DNA of 40,568 nucleotides from an uncultured Candidatus Saccharibacteria bacterium. GTDB lineage: Bacteria > Patescibacteriota > Minisyncoccia > Phycocordibacterales > JAACPR01. Position numbers and translations under genes: made by a program. This document shows, piece by piece, positions 23,588 through 31,955 of the stretch. Location of the stretch: the NCBI GenBank assembly GCA_964618845.1, contig CAZUCU010000002.1, positions 24,433-65,000 of the forward strand, given 5' to 3'. The notes under the pieces were generated by a model, which saw only the letters and a program-made list of their open reading frames with translations, was not told the DNA's origin and searched no databases. Positions within the stretch are counted from its first letter, which is position 1; every line of letters starts with the position of its first letter.

Positions 23588-24577
23588 TCACTTCCTCCCC
23601 AAAACTTTATAGACTGCTTTGATTATTGCCCCAGAATCCATTTCCAAAAATTTGCCAATTTCTTCTGGATCTCCTGATTGTCCATATTTGTCTTTTACAC
23701 CAACAAATTCAATTGGAACTGGAAATTTTTGGGCTAAAAATTCTGCAACTGCGCTTCCCATTCCACCCACAATCTGATGTTCTTCAACCGTTACAAGTGC
23801 ACCCGCATCTTTTGCAATCTCCAAAATAATTTTTTCATCAAGGGGTTTTATTGTAGAAAGATTTATTAATCGAACTTTGATTCCATCCTCATCTAATTTT
23901 TTGGATGCTTTTAATGCTTCAAAAATAATAGGACCTGTTGCAATGATACCAACATCAACCATATCTCCATCAGAGTCAAAAAAAACTTGCCCTTTACCAA
24001 TTTTGAATGGAGTTTCAACCGTTGTAATAATTGGAGTTTTGACTCTTGTTGTTCGCAAATAAGTTGGTTTGTTATTAAAAGTAAGAGCGACTGTTGCCTT
24101 TTTTGTTTCGATACTATCACAGGGAGAAATTACAACCATTCGTGGCAACACCCTCATAAGAGCAATATCCTCAAGTGCTTGATGAGTCCCTCCATCCGGT
24201 CCATTGGAAATTCCAGAATGTGATCCAATAATTTTCACAGGTTGATCGTTGTAACAAATTGTAGTTCTAATTTGTTCCCAATTTCTACCAGGAGAAAAAG
24301 AAGCAAAACTTCCAATAAATGGGATTTTTTCCATTGCTGCCATACCCGACGCCATCGACGCCATATGTTGTTCTGTAATTCCAACTTGAAAAAATCTCTC
24401 CGGAAACTCCTTCGCAAACAAATCCATTTTTACTGACTCTGTAAGATCAGCACAAAGCGCAACCACCCTTTTCTCTTTTTTCCCAATTTCCAAAAGCCCT
24501 TCGCCAAAACCCTCGCGCGTCGCTTTCTTTTCTACATCGTTATCAAAAATTTTTTTGTTCAAAGTTTGATTTAGCAT
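23588..24577 (-). CDS. tkt: Transketolase, C-terminal subunit (pyrimidine-binding + C-terminal domains)
   Basis: FQVGITEQHMASMASGMA and GSHSGISNGPDGGTHQALEDIALMR. The ATG follows the stop of the N-terminal subunit gene with a 1-nt gap. Confidence 0.9.
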   Translation of the reverse strand: MLNQTLNKKIFDNDVEKKATREGFGEGLLEIGKKEKRVVALCADLTESVKMDLFAKEFPERFFQVGITEQHMASMASGMAAMEKIPFIGSFASFSPGRNWEQIRTTICYNDQPVKIIGSHSGISNGPDGGTHQALEDIALMRVLPRMVVISPCDSIETKKATVALTFNNKPTYLRTTRVKTPIITTVETPFKIGKGQVFFDSDGDMVDVGIIATGPIIFEALKASKKLDEDGIKVRLINLSTIKPLDEKIILEIAKDAGALVTVEEHQIVGGMGSAVAEFLAQKFPVPIEFVGVKDKYGQSGDPEEIGKFLEMDSGAIIKAVYKVLGRK

Positions 24578-24578
24578 A

Positions 24579-25433
24579 TTATTTTAAAACTAAACTATCT
24601 AATTCTTTCAAAGCTTTTTCACCTTGTTCTTTACTTGGCGCCTTACCATGCCACGCAGGTAATCTTTCAAATTCTTTTACCCCTTTACCTGGAATTGTGT
24701 TTGCAATTATCACACTTGGCATATCAAACACTGCTTTGGCTTCGTTGATCGCGCTATCAATCGCTTCAAAATTATGTCCATCAATTTCTTGGACATGAAA
24801 ATTGAAGGCTTTGAATTTATCTGCCAAAGGATTGAGTGGCAAAACATCTTCTGTATATCCATCAATTTGAATATTGTTTCGATCAATGATAATTATTAAA
24901 TTATGTGGTTTATATTTTCCCGCATTCAAAATTGCTTCCCAATTTTGCCCCTCCTCCAAATCACCATCACCAACAATGCAATAAAAATATTTATTTGATT
25001 GTTTGCCAGAATCTATTCTATCAGCCAATGCCATTCCAACCGCTTGTGAAATTCCAGAACCAAGTGGTCCTGATGAAGTTTCAATTCCAAGTAAAAATTC
25101 ACGATGGGGGTGACCCTGAAGTCTTGAACCAAATTTTCGAAGTGTCATTAATTCCTCTATTGGAAAATATCCAGCGTGTGCCATGGTTGCATACAAAACA
25201 GGTGCAATATGTCCATTTGATAAAACAAGTCTATCTCTATCTCCCCAATCAGGTTTGCGTGAATCGTGTTCCAAACCATAAAAATATAAGTAAGTAAAAA
25301 TATCTGCCATCCCAAGTGATCCAGCGGTGTGACCCGACTGCGCTTCTACCAACATTTTTATAATAGATTTCCTAATTTCATTTGCTTTCTTTCTAAGTTC
25401 TAAAACTTTTTTATCAGAAATATTTCCCATCAC
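24579..25433 (-). CDS. tkt: Transketolase, N-terminal subunit (thiamine-diphosphate binding)
   Basis: GHTAGSLGMADI, LSNGHIAPVLYA, and GDGDLEEGQNWEA...N (ThDP motif). Confidence 0.9.
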   Translation of the reverse strand: MMGNISDKKVLELRKKANEIRKSIIKMLVEAQSGHTAGSLGMADIFTYLYFYGLEHDSRKPDWGDRDRLVLSNGHIAPVLYATMAHAGYFPIEELMTLRKFGSRLQGHPHREFLLGIETSSGPLGSGISQAVGMALADRIDSGKQSNKYFYCIVGDGDLEEGQNWEAILNAGKYKPHNLIIIIDRNNIQIDGYTEDVLPLNPLADKFKAFNFHVQEIDGHNFEAIDSAINEAKAVFDMPSVIIANTIPGKGVKEFERLPAWHGKAPSKEQGEKALKELDSLVLK

Positions 25434-25442
25434 TTAATTATA

Positions 25443-25568
25443 AATCAGAAATCAGAAATTCGAAACTCGAAACAAATTCGAAATCAGAAATTCTAAATTA
25501 GAAACACGGGTTTCGAATTTCGAATTTCGTGCTTGTTTCGGATTTCGATATTCTAATTTCGAATTTCG
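25443..25568. repeat. GAAAT-rich dispersed repeat, long imperfect inverted repeat centred near 25506-25509
   Basis: The left half is aaatcagaaatcagaaattcgaaactcgaaacaaattcgaaatcagaaattctaaattagaaac. The right half is gtttcgaatttcgaatttcgtgcttgtttcggatttcgatattctaatttcgaatttcg. The right end supplies the last codons (EIRN) and the TAG of rpe. Confidence 0.8.
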
Positions 25569-26236
25569 TCTATCGCTTCTCCCACATCCTCCGCCTCAAG
25601 TATCGCGCTTCCAGAAACAAGCATATTTGCTCCCGCTTCGATAAGTCTTTTAGCTGTATCAAAATTTACCGATCCATCGACTGCAATATCAATTTCCGGT
25701 TTCAATTTTCTGAGCCATTTTATTTTATCCAAAACTCTTTTATCAAACTCCTGATGTTGAAAACCAATTTTTTCTATCCCCATAAACTGCACAAAATCTA
25801 CAATTTCCAATAGTGGTCCAAGCTCTTTGTTCTCTGTTTTTGTTTGAATAGCAATTCCAACAGAAATTAAATTTTCATCTTTAATTTTTTTTATAAAACC
25901 GAATTTATCACCTTTTAAACTTTCTAAATGAAAAATTAAGGCACTGGCACCCGCAGAAATCCATTTTTGATACTCTACTTCTGGATTTGAAATCATCAAA
26001 TCAATATCAAAATTAAAATCTTCCCAATATGGCATTCCTTCATCTTGTGAAATTATTTTTTCAAAATGTTTATTATCATTATAAGCATAAGGCCAACTTT
26101 TATTAGGAGTAAAAATTCCATCTGTTACATCTATCTGAACCCTTTTGACAATTCCTCTGACTTTGTAAAGTTGAGATTTTAAATTTTCAAAATCTTCTGG
26201 AATAATTGCAGGGATAACTTGTATTTCCTTATTCAT
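25553..26236 (-). CDS. rpe: Ribulose-phosphate 3-epimerase-like TIM-barrel enzyme
   Basis: VQIDVTDGIFTPN and IAVDGSVNFDTAKRLIEAGANMLVSGSAI. ATG at 26236 overlaps the rpiB stop region by 8 nt. Confidence 0.75.
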   Translation of the reverse strand: MNKEIQVIPAIIPEDFENLKSQLYKVRGIVKRVQIDVTDGIFTPNKSWPYAYNDNKHFEKIISQDEGMPYWEDFNFDIDLMISNPEVEYQKWISAGASALIFHLESLKGDKFGFIKKIKDENLISVGIAIQTKTENKELGPLLEIVDFVQFMGIEKIGFQHQEFDKRVLDKIKWLRKLKPEIDIAVDGSVNFDTAKRLIEAGANMLVSGSAILEAEDVGEAIDEIRN

Positions 26237-26768
26237 AATCGTGATGACAGTTGGGTCCATGAGTATGTCCTTGTTTACCAAACATCAATTGATCCAAGTG
26301 GTCAATTTTGTTAATTCTTCTAATGTGTCTCTTCTCTCCCAAAAAATTTGTATCAAGCCATTGTTCAACTGCTTCCTTAGCTTCATCAATTGATAAAAAT
26401 CTTGCTCCTAAACTTAAAATATTTGAATTGTTGTGAGTACGACCAAGCTCTATAATACTTTCATCTTTATTTGTAGACTCACCATAATAAACTACGGCTC
26501 TAATTCTTGGGATTCTATTTGCCACAATCGCTTCACCTTGACCTGATCCTCCTAAAATTATCCCTACTGAATGTTCATCTTGTGACACTTCAAGCGCGAC
26601 CGGTAAAACAAAATCAGGATAGTCATCATCCTCATCATATTCATAGGCACCGTGGTCTATAACTTCATAATCTCTTATCTCTAAAAAATTTTTAATTTCT
26701 TCTTTCATCTCAAAACCAGCATGATCTGATCCAATGTGAACTTTTCTTATATCCTTTTGGTTATCCAT
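26229..26768 (-). CDS. rpiB: Ribose-5-phosphate isomerase B (RpiB/LacAB family) with a His-rich C-terminal tail
   Basis: IGSDHAGFEMKEEIKNFL and GIILGGSGQGEAIVANR. Confidence 0.85.
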   Translation of the reverse strand: MDNQKDIRKVHIGSDHAGFEMKEEIKNFLEIRDYEVIDHGAYEYDEDDDYPDFVLPVALEVSQDEHSVGIILGGSGQGEAIVANRIPRIRAVVYYGESTNKDESIIELGRTHNNSNILSLGARFLSIDEAKEAVEQWLDTNFLGEKRHIRRINKIDHLDQLMFGKQGHTHGPNCHHDYE

Positions 26769-26892
26769 AAAATTGTTTTTTATTTTATTAAACTTAAGAC
26801 CTTACTAATTCTTCCAAAATCATTGATGGATACTTTTATTTTATTATTATACCAAAAAACCTCTGATTTTGTGGATAAAAAGTAATAAAAGA

Positions 26893-27807
26893 CTAACTTT
26901 TCTTCCAAAAATTCATTCTTCCAAGATGTTCAAATTCTCTACCCAAAATTTCTGGCCAACGCGGTTTCATTGGTTCAACTTTCGGTCTTATTTTATGCAA
27001 ATTTCTTATACCATGCATCTCATCATTTTCTTGGGTTACTTGTTCTACATTATTGAAATTATGTTCAAAATATTCTTCTCCCAAAAAATCATATATAGTT
27101 TTCATGGTTTCTCGTGGTCTTGAAGTCAAATCATCAAAATCAACCAATAAAATCCTGTCCGCATAACCTCTTTTAAAAGCATCAATCAATCTGTTGTAAG
27201 CTAAACCAGCCGGTTGACCACCATCGAGCCAAGTTTTTATCCTTCCATCCAAAGTTTGAAAACCAAAATAATTTGATCTTTCTTGAGCAAGTTGTCTATA
27301 TGGTGCATTTTCTCTCCATAATTTTTCAAAAGAAGCAATAACATCTCTAATATCTCTGACTGGTGCAAGAATTTTTATTTTGTGACCAAGAACCGTCTCT
27401 GCCATTTCTATCTGCGAAAGCCACCCCCTTGATTTGTCAAATACAACTGGTTTATCAACATCAGCATAATAGGAATCAAGAATCCCCCGCATTACTCTGA
27501 TTAATGCTTCATCATTCGGAGCCGCTTGGAACTCTATCATTTGGCTCCAATTATTTCTCACAGCAAACATGACGTCCATTATTCCACTGGTCGCAGTTGC
27601 ATGAAATCTTGGATTTTGTGCCAAAATATTTTCAAGAAGAGTAGATCCAGCCCTGGGCAATCCAGAAACAAAATAATATTTTTTATCTATCTTCCTACTT
27701 ACCCCAGAGTTGCCAAATTTTACAAGGCTTTCTACTTCTTGCTTCTCGCTCTTGTTTTGTGACTTTTGACTTTTTACTTCTTGCTTCTCGCTTCTTGCTT
27801 TTTTCAT
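26893..27807 (-). CDS. Sulfotransferase-family protein with a repeat-encoded N-terminus
   Basis: SGLPRAGSTLLENIL (PAPS 5'-phosphosulfate loop) and VRDIRDVIAS (3'-phosphate motif). The N-terminus reads MKKARSEKQEVKSQKSQNKSEKQEVES. Confidence 0.7.
   Translation of the reverse strand: MKKARSEKQEVKSQKSQNKSEKQEVESLVKFGNSGVSRKIDKKYYFVSGLPRAGSTLLENILAQNPRFHATATSGIMDVMFAVRNNWSQMIEFQAAPNDEALIRVMRGILDSYYADVDKPVVFDKSRGWLSQIEMAETVLGHKIKILAPVRDIRDVIASFEKLWRENAPYRQLAQERSNYFGFQTLDGRIKTWLDGGQPAGLAYNRLIDAFKRGYADRILLVDFDDLTSRPRETMKTIYDFLGEEYFEHNFNNVEQVTQENDEMHGIRNLHKIRPKVEPMKPRWPEILGREFEHLGRMNFWKKS
27733..27792. repeat. 18-nt perfect direct repeat within the sulfotransferase 5' end
   Basis: tacttcttgcttctcgct occurs at 27733-27750 and 27775-27792, offset by 42 nt (in frame). 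This produces the duplicated SEKQEV. Confidence 0.85.
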
Positions 27808-27812
27808 AATAT

Positions 27813-29219
27813 TTAAATTAATTCCTTTAATAATTCTTGCACTTTGGCAGGATTGGCACTTCCCCTTGTTTCTCTCATAATTTGACCAACCAAAAATTGC
27901 AAAGCATTTTCTTTGCCATTTTTATATTCTACTACTATATTTTTATTTTCCGCGATCACTTTTTCTATAATTGGTTTTAATTCTTTTGTGTTGTCTTTTT
28001 GAATTAAATTATTTTCTTGGGCATATTTTTGAGAATCTAGTGTGAGATCTTTGGTCATTAAAAGTAAAATGTCTTTTGCTACACGCGAAGAAATTTTATT
28101 TTCAGAAAACATTTTTACAAGTTTTGCAAAATTGTTGACATCTGGCAAATTACCTCCATTTTTGATAATAGAAACAATATCCGACAAAATAAAATTTGAA
28201 ATATTTTGATAGGCATCCGATTCTTTTGCTACTTGTTCAAAAAAATTAGCAAGTTCTCTCTCAAAAATAAAAATTTCTATGTCTGCATCTTTTATTCCAT
28301 ATTCACTTTTAAATCTTTCTCTTTTTTGTTGCGGAAGTTCTGGAAGCTCTCTTTTTATTTTTTCCAAATCAAAAACTTCGTGTAGATACATTTTTGGTAA
28401 ATCTGGTTCTGGAAAATATCTATAATCATCAGAAGTTTCTTTACGTCTTTGAGAAAAAGTTTTTCCTTTGCTTTCATCAAAACCCCGAGTTTCTTGAACA
28501 ATTTCATTTCCTCTCCCCTCTTCCAAAAGTTTTGTCATTCTTTCAATTTCAATATTTATTGCTTTTTCAACAATCTTAAAAGAATTGAGATTCTTAATTT
28601 CAACTTTTATACCAAGTTTGTGAGGATCATTCGAAACAGAGATATTTGCTTCAACTCTCATTTCGCCTTTTTCCATATTTGCTTCTGCAACACCAAGATA
28701 TCGCAAAATCATTTGAAGTTCTCTCGCAAAATCAGCTGCTTCTTTAGCAGAATGAATTACCGGTTCGGTTACAAGTTCCATAAGTGGGATTCCTGCTCGA
28801 TTATAATCAATAAGAGAAAAATCTCCTCTATCGTGTTTTGATAACCCTGTATCTTCTTCCAAATGAATCCTTGTAAGTTTAACTCCTTTTATTTCTCCAC
28901 CAGAAACTATTGGATATTTATACTGTGAGATTTGATATCCTTTGGGGATATCCGGATAAAAATAATTTTTCCTGTCAAATTCAGTATAGTTTGAAATTTT
29001 TCCCCCAACAGCCAAACCAATTTTGATCATGTGTTCAACGGCTTTTTTATTTATTGTAGGCAAGGTGCCAGGATGTCCCACATCAACTGGATTTATATTA
29101 AAATTTGGTTTTCCCTCATCCGGATCATTTTTAGAATTAGAAAACATTTTGGTATTAGTCAGTAACTCCGCATGAATTTCAAGTCCTATTGTAGGAATAT
29201 ATTTTTGAGACATAGGCAA
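27813..29219 (-). CDS. gatB: Asp/Glu-tRNA amidotransferase subunit B
   Basis: PTIGLEIHAEL, DRKNYFYPDIPKGYQISQ, RIHLEEDTG, and the C-terminal GatB/YqeY helical domain. Confidence 0.9.
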   Translation of the reverse strand: MPMSQKYIPTIGLEIHAELLTNTKMFSNSKNDPDEGKPNFNINPVDVGHPGTLPTINKKAVEHMIKIGLAVGGKISNYTEFDRKNYFYPDIPKGYQISQYKYPIVSGGEIKGVKLTRIHLEEDTGLSKHDRGDFSLIDYNRAGIPLMELVTEPVIHSAKEAADFARELQMILRYLGVAEANMEKGEMRVEANISVSNDPHKLGIKVEIKNLNSFKIVEKAINIEIERMTKLLEEGRGNEIVQETRGFDESKGKTFSQRRKETSDDYRYFPEPDLPKMYLHEVFDLEKIKRELPELPQQKRERFKSEYGIKDADIEIFIFERELANFFEQVAKESDAYQNISNFILSDIVSIIKNGGNLPDVNNFAKLVKMFSENKISSRVAKDILLLMTKDLTLDSQKYAQENNLIQKDNTKELKPIIEKVIAENKNIVVEYKNGKENALQFLVGQIMRETRGSANPAKVQELLKELI

Positions 29220-29268
29220 ATATTAACCTTTTTGAGATATTTATTCAATATCAAAAAATATGAAGGAA

Positions 29269-30477
29269 TTAGAAAGATGAAGAAATATTATAAATAGGTA
29301 TCAATACAGAAGCCAGTAAAGTACCGACACCGACAGCAAGCAAAATAATCATTACGGGCTCAATAAGACCAACCAAAGTATCAACCGCATTCGTTACTTC
29401 CCTCCTATAAAACTTCGCTAAAGTTCCCAAAATAGAACCCAGATTTCCTGTTTCTTCTCCTACTTTAATCATCTGAATTAAAATACCAGGAAATTCCTCG
29501 TGTTTATCCATAGCAAAAGAAAGAGGCAAACCACCTCTCACATCTTCTATGGTTTTATCAATTGCCCTTAAGAAAACTTTATTGTCAATAACTGATCTAG
29601 TAAGTTCAAGCGCTTTTATCATCGGAATTCCAGAAGAAAGCATAGTATCCAAATTATCAGACAACCTAGATAAATATAATTTTTTATATAAATCCCCCAA
29701 ATAAGGGATAGCAATTTTCATTTCGTCAAAAGTATCACTACCTGCACCCGTTCTCGCAAATTTTATTAAGAAAAATCCCCCCACAACAACTACCCCAAGC
29801 AAGAAAAAACCATAGCCAACAAAAAAGTCAGAAATCGCGATAACTATTTTCGTATAAATCGGAACATCTTGACCTGATTCAACCAAAATTTGGGAAATTT
29901 TAGGAATAACCATAGTCAACATCAAAATCATAACAGTAATAAAGGTAAAAATAATAAAACCGGGGTAAATTAAGGCATTTTTTGCTTTTTGATTTACCTC
30001 ATAAGTTCTGTCCAAATAATCTGCTAAAAATAAAAAGGTTTCATCAAGTCTCCCGGTTTCTTCACCTGCTTTCACCATAGAAACATAAAAAGAATTAAAT
30101 ACATCTTTATGTTTTTCCATTGAATCCGAAATGCTCATCCCCCCTTGTAAACTTTCAGCAATATCATTTAATTTTCTGGCAAGTTTTGGATTAGTGGTTT
30201 CAGAAGCCAACAATCTAAAGACCCTGAGCGCTGAAACTTGTGCCTCAAAAAGGGTTGCTAATTGTCTTGATAAAATAACAACATCTTTATTAGAAACCCT
30301 TTCCAGAAAAGAAATATTTGCGCCCAAAAATGAACCCTTACCCTCCTCATTAATCTCCGAAATAATAAAACCCCTTCTCTGAAGAGCACTTATAGCAACA
30401 TCTACACTTATTGCTTCTATAGAACCCCCCTTAGGGGTCCCATCTTTATCTATTACTTTGTATTTGTATAAAGCCAT
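29269..30477 (-). CDS. pilC: Type IV pilus platform protein PilC (GspF family)
   Basis: Two GspF repeats (SRQLATLFEAQVS..., SRLSDNLDTMLSSGIP...) and three TMs. Confidence 0.85.
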   Translation of the reverse strand: MALYKYKVIDKDGTPKGGSIEAISVDVAISALQRRGFIISEINEEGKGSFLGANISFLERVSNKDVVILSRQLATLFEAQVSALRVFRLLASETTNPKLARKLNDIAESLQGGMSISDSMEKHKDVFNSFYVSMVKAGEETGRLDETFLFLADYLDRTYEVNQKAKNALIYPGFIIFTFITVMILMLTMVIPKISQILVESGQDVPIYTKIVIAISDFFVGYGFFLLGVVVVGGFFLIKFARTGAGSDTFDEMKIAIPYLGDLYKKLYLSRLSDNLDTMLSSGIPMIKALELTRSVIDNKVFLRAIDKTIEDVRGGLPLSFAMDKHEEFPGILIQMIKVGEETGNLGSILGTLAKFYRREVTNAVDTLVGLIEPVMIILLAVGVGTLLASVLIPIYNISSSF

Positions 30478-30480
30478 ATT

Positions 30481-31542
30481 TTACAACATTTTTTGTAATA
30501 CATTTGGTCTAAATGAATATTTATAAGCATCATCTGCAGAAATTTCACCCTTTCTAACCAAATCAGCCAAAACCCTATTCATATCTACCATTCCAGACTG
30601 AGATCCTGTCTCTATAACAGTATCTATTTCAAAAGTTCTTTTTTCTCTGATAAGATTAGCCACTGCATTATTATTTATAAGCAACTCATAAGCAGGAATT
30701 AGACCACCAGAAATTCGTGGAAGTAATCTCTGAGAAAAAATCCCGATGAGTGAACTTGCTAATTGTAGACGAATTTGATCTTGCTGTTCTGCGGGAAAAG
30801 AGTCGATAATTCTATCAATTGTTTGAGAAGCGGTATTGGTATGAAGAGTAGAAAAAACCAAATGACCAGTTTCTGCCGCTGTAACTGCGGCTGCAATAGT
30901 ATCCTTCCCCCTCATTTCACCAACCAAAATAACATCAACATCTTGTCTAAAGGTTCCCAAAAGTCCTGACTCAAAACTTTTTGTATCAGTTGGAACCTCT
31001 CTTTGGTCTATTATTGAATTTTTTTGTTCATAAACATATTCGATTGGTTTTTCGATAGTTATTATGTGTTCTGTTCTTTCTTGATTAATAAGTTCAACCA
31101 TCGCTGCCAAAGTAGTAGATTTGCCCTGACCAACAGGTCCAACACACAAGAAAAATCCCTGTTTTTTTCTGGCAAAATCCATTAAAATTTCTGGTAATCC
31201 AAGTTCAGAAATTGATCTAATATTTTTAGGGATTAACCTCATAACCACACCAATTTTCCCTTGTTGAATAAAGGCACTTCCTCTGAATCTATTTCCATCA
31301 ATATTTTGATGGGCAAAATCAAACTCTTTTGTTTCGATAAATTCTTGGTAATCTTTTTCGGATATTAATTCCTTTAACATTCCGGAAGTATCTACCTCGG
31401 TCAAAGCAGGATAGTCCATCAACGGAATTAGGTCTTGGTTTACTCTAATAATTGGATGCCTCTCCTCAGAAAAATGAAGATCTGAACCATTTTGTTTTAT
31501 GACGCTATCAATTAATTCTTGTAGGGTTTTTTTATAATTCAT
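30481..31542 (-). CDS. pilT: Type IV pilus retraction ATPase PilT
   Basis: 353 aa. Walker A GPVGQGKSTTLAA, Asp box/Walker B ILVGEMRG, His box FSTLHTNTASQTIDRI. Confidence 0.85.
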   Translation of the reverse strand: MNYKKTLQELIDSVIKQNGSDLHFSEERHPIIRVNQDLIPLMDYPALTEVDTSGMLKELISEKDYQEFIETKEFDFAHQNIDGNRFRGSAFIQQGKIGVVMRLIPKNIRSISELGLPEILMDFARKKQGFFLCVGPVGQGKSTTLAAMVELINQERTEHIITIEKPIEYVYEQKNSIIDQREVPTDTKSFESGLLGTFRQDVDVILVGEMRGKDTIAAAVTAAETGHLVFSTLHTNTASQTIDRIIDSFPAEQQDQIRLQLASSLIGIFSQRLLPRISGGLIPAYELLINNNAVANLIREKRTFEIDTVIETGSQSGMVDMNRVLADLVRKGEISADDAYKYSFRPNVLQKML

Positions 31543-31545
31543 AAT

Positions 31546-31929
31546 TTAAAAATTACTAATTCTTTTTACTTCTTCTACAACTTCTGATGGTGTTTTCAAG
31601 GCTTTGACGATATAACCATCTACTCCAAACTCTTTAGATTTATCAATATCTTGTGCTTCACCTTGATTACTCAAAACTATTGTCTTGGCATTTGGAATAT
31701 AATTTTTCTCTTTTATATGTTTCATTAACACCCAACCATCTTCAATGGGCATAATAATATCAAATAACAAAACATCCGGGCTATAACCACTTTCTAATTT
31801 TTCTAATGCTTCTTTGGTACTACCAGTACTATCAACCTCAAAACCATTAGAAAGAAACTTCGTCACATACATTTGTCTTAAAAACATATCATCATCAACT
31901 ATTAATATTTTTTTTGCATTTTTATCCAT
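31546..31929 (-). CDS. Single-domain CheY-like response regulator
   Basis: ILIVDDD, DVLLFDIIMP, VLSNQG, and the K in GYIVKAL. There is no output domain. Confidence 0.85.
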   Translation of the reverse strand: MDKNAKKILIVDDDMFLRQMYVTKFLSNGFEVDSTGSTKEALEKLESGYSPDVLLFDIIMPIEDGWVLMKHIKEKNYIPNAKTIVLSNQGEAQDIDKSKEFGVDGYIVKALKTPSEVVEEVKRISNF

Positions 31930-31955
31930 AGTAATAAAATTATATCATTAAAATC

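Noticed and set aside
23324-25568. CRISPR array formed by the cgaaat/cagaaat repeats.
   Set aside because: The units are 7-8-nt low-complexity words of variable sequence, not uniform 25-40-nt repeats separated by unique spacers. There are no cas genes. Both orientations occur within single loci.
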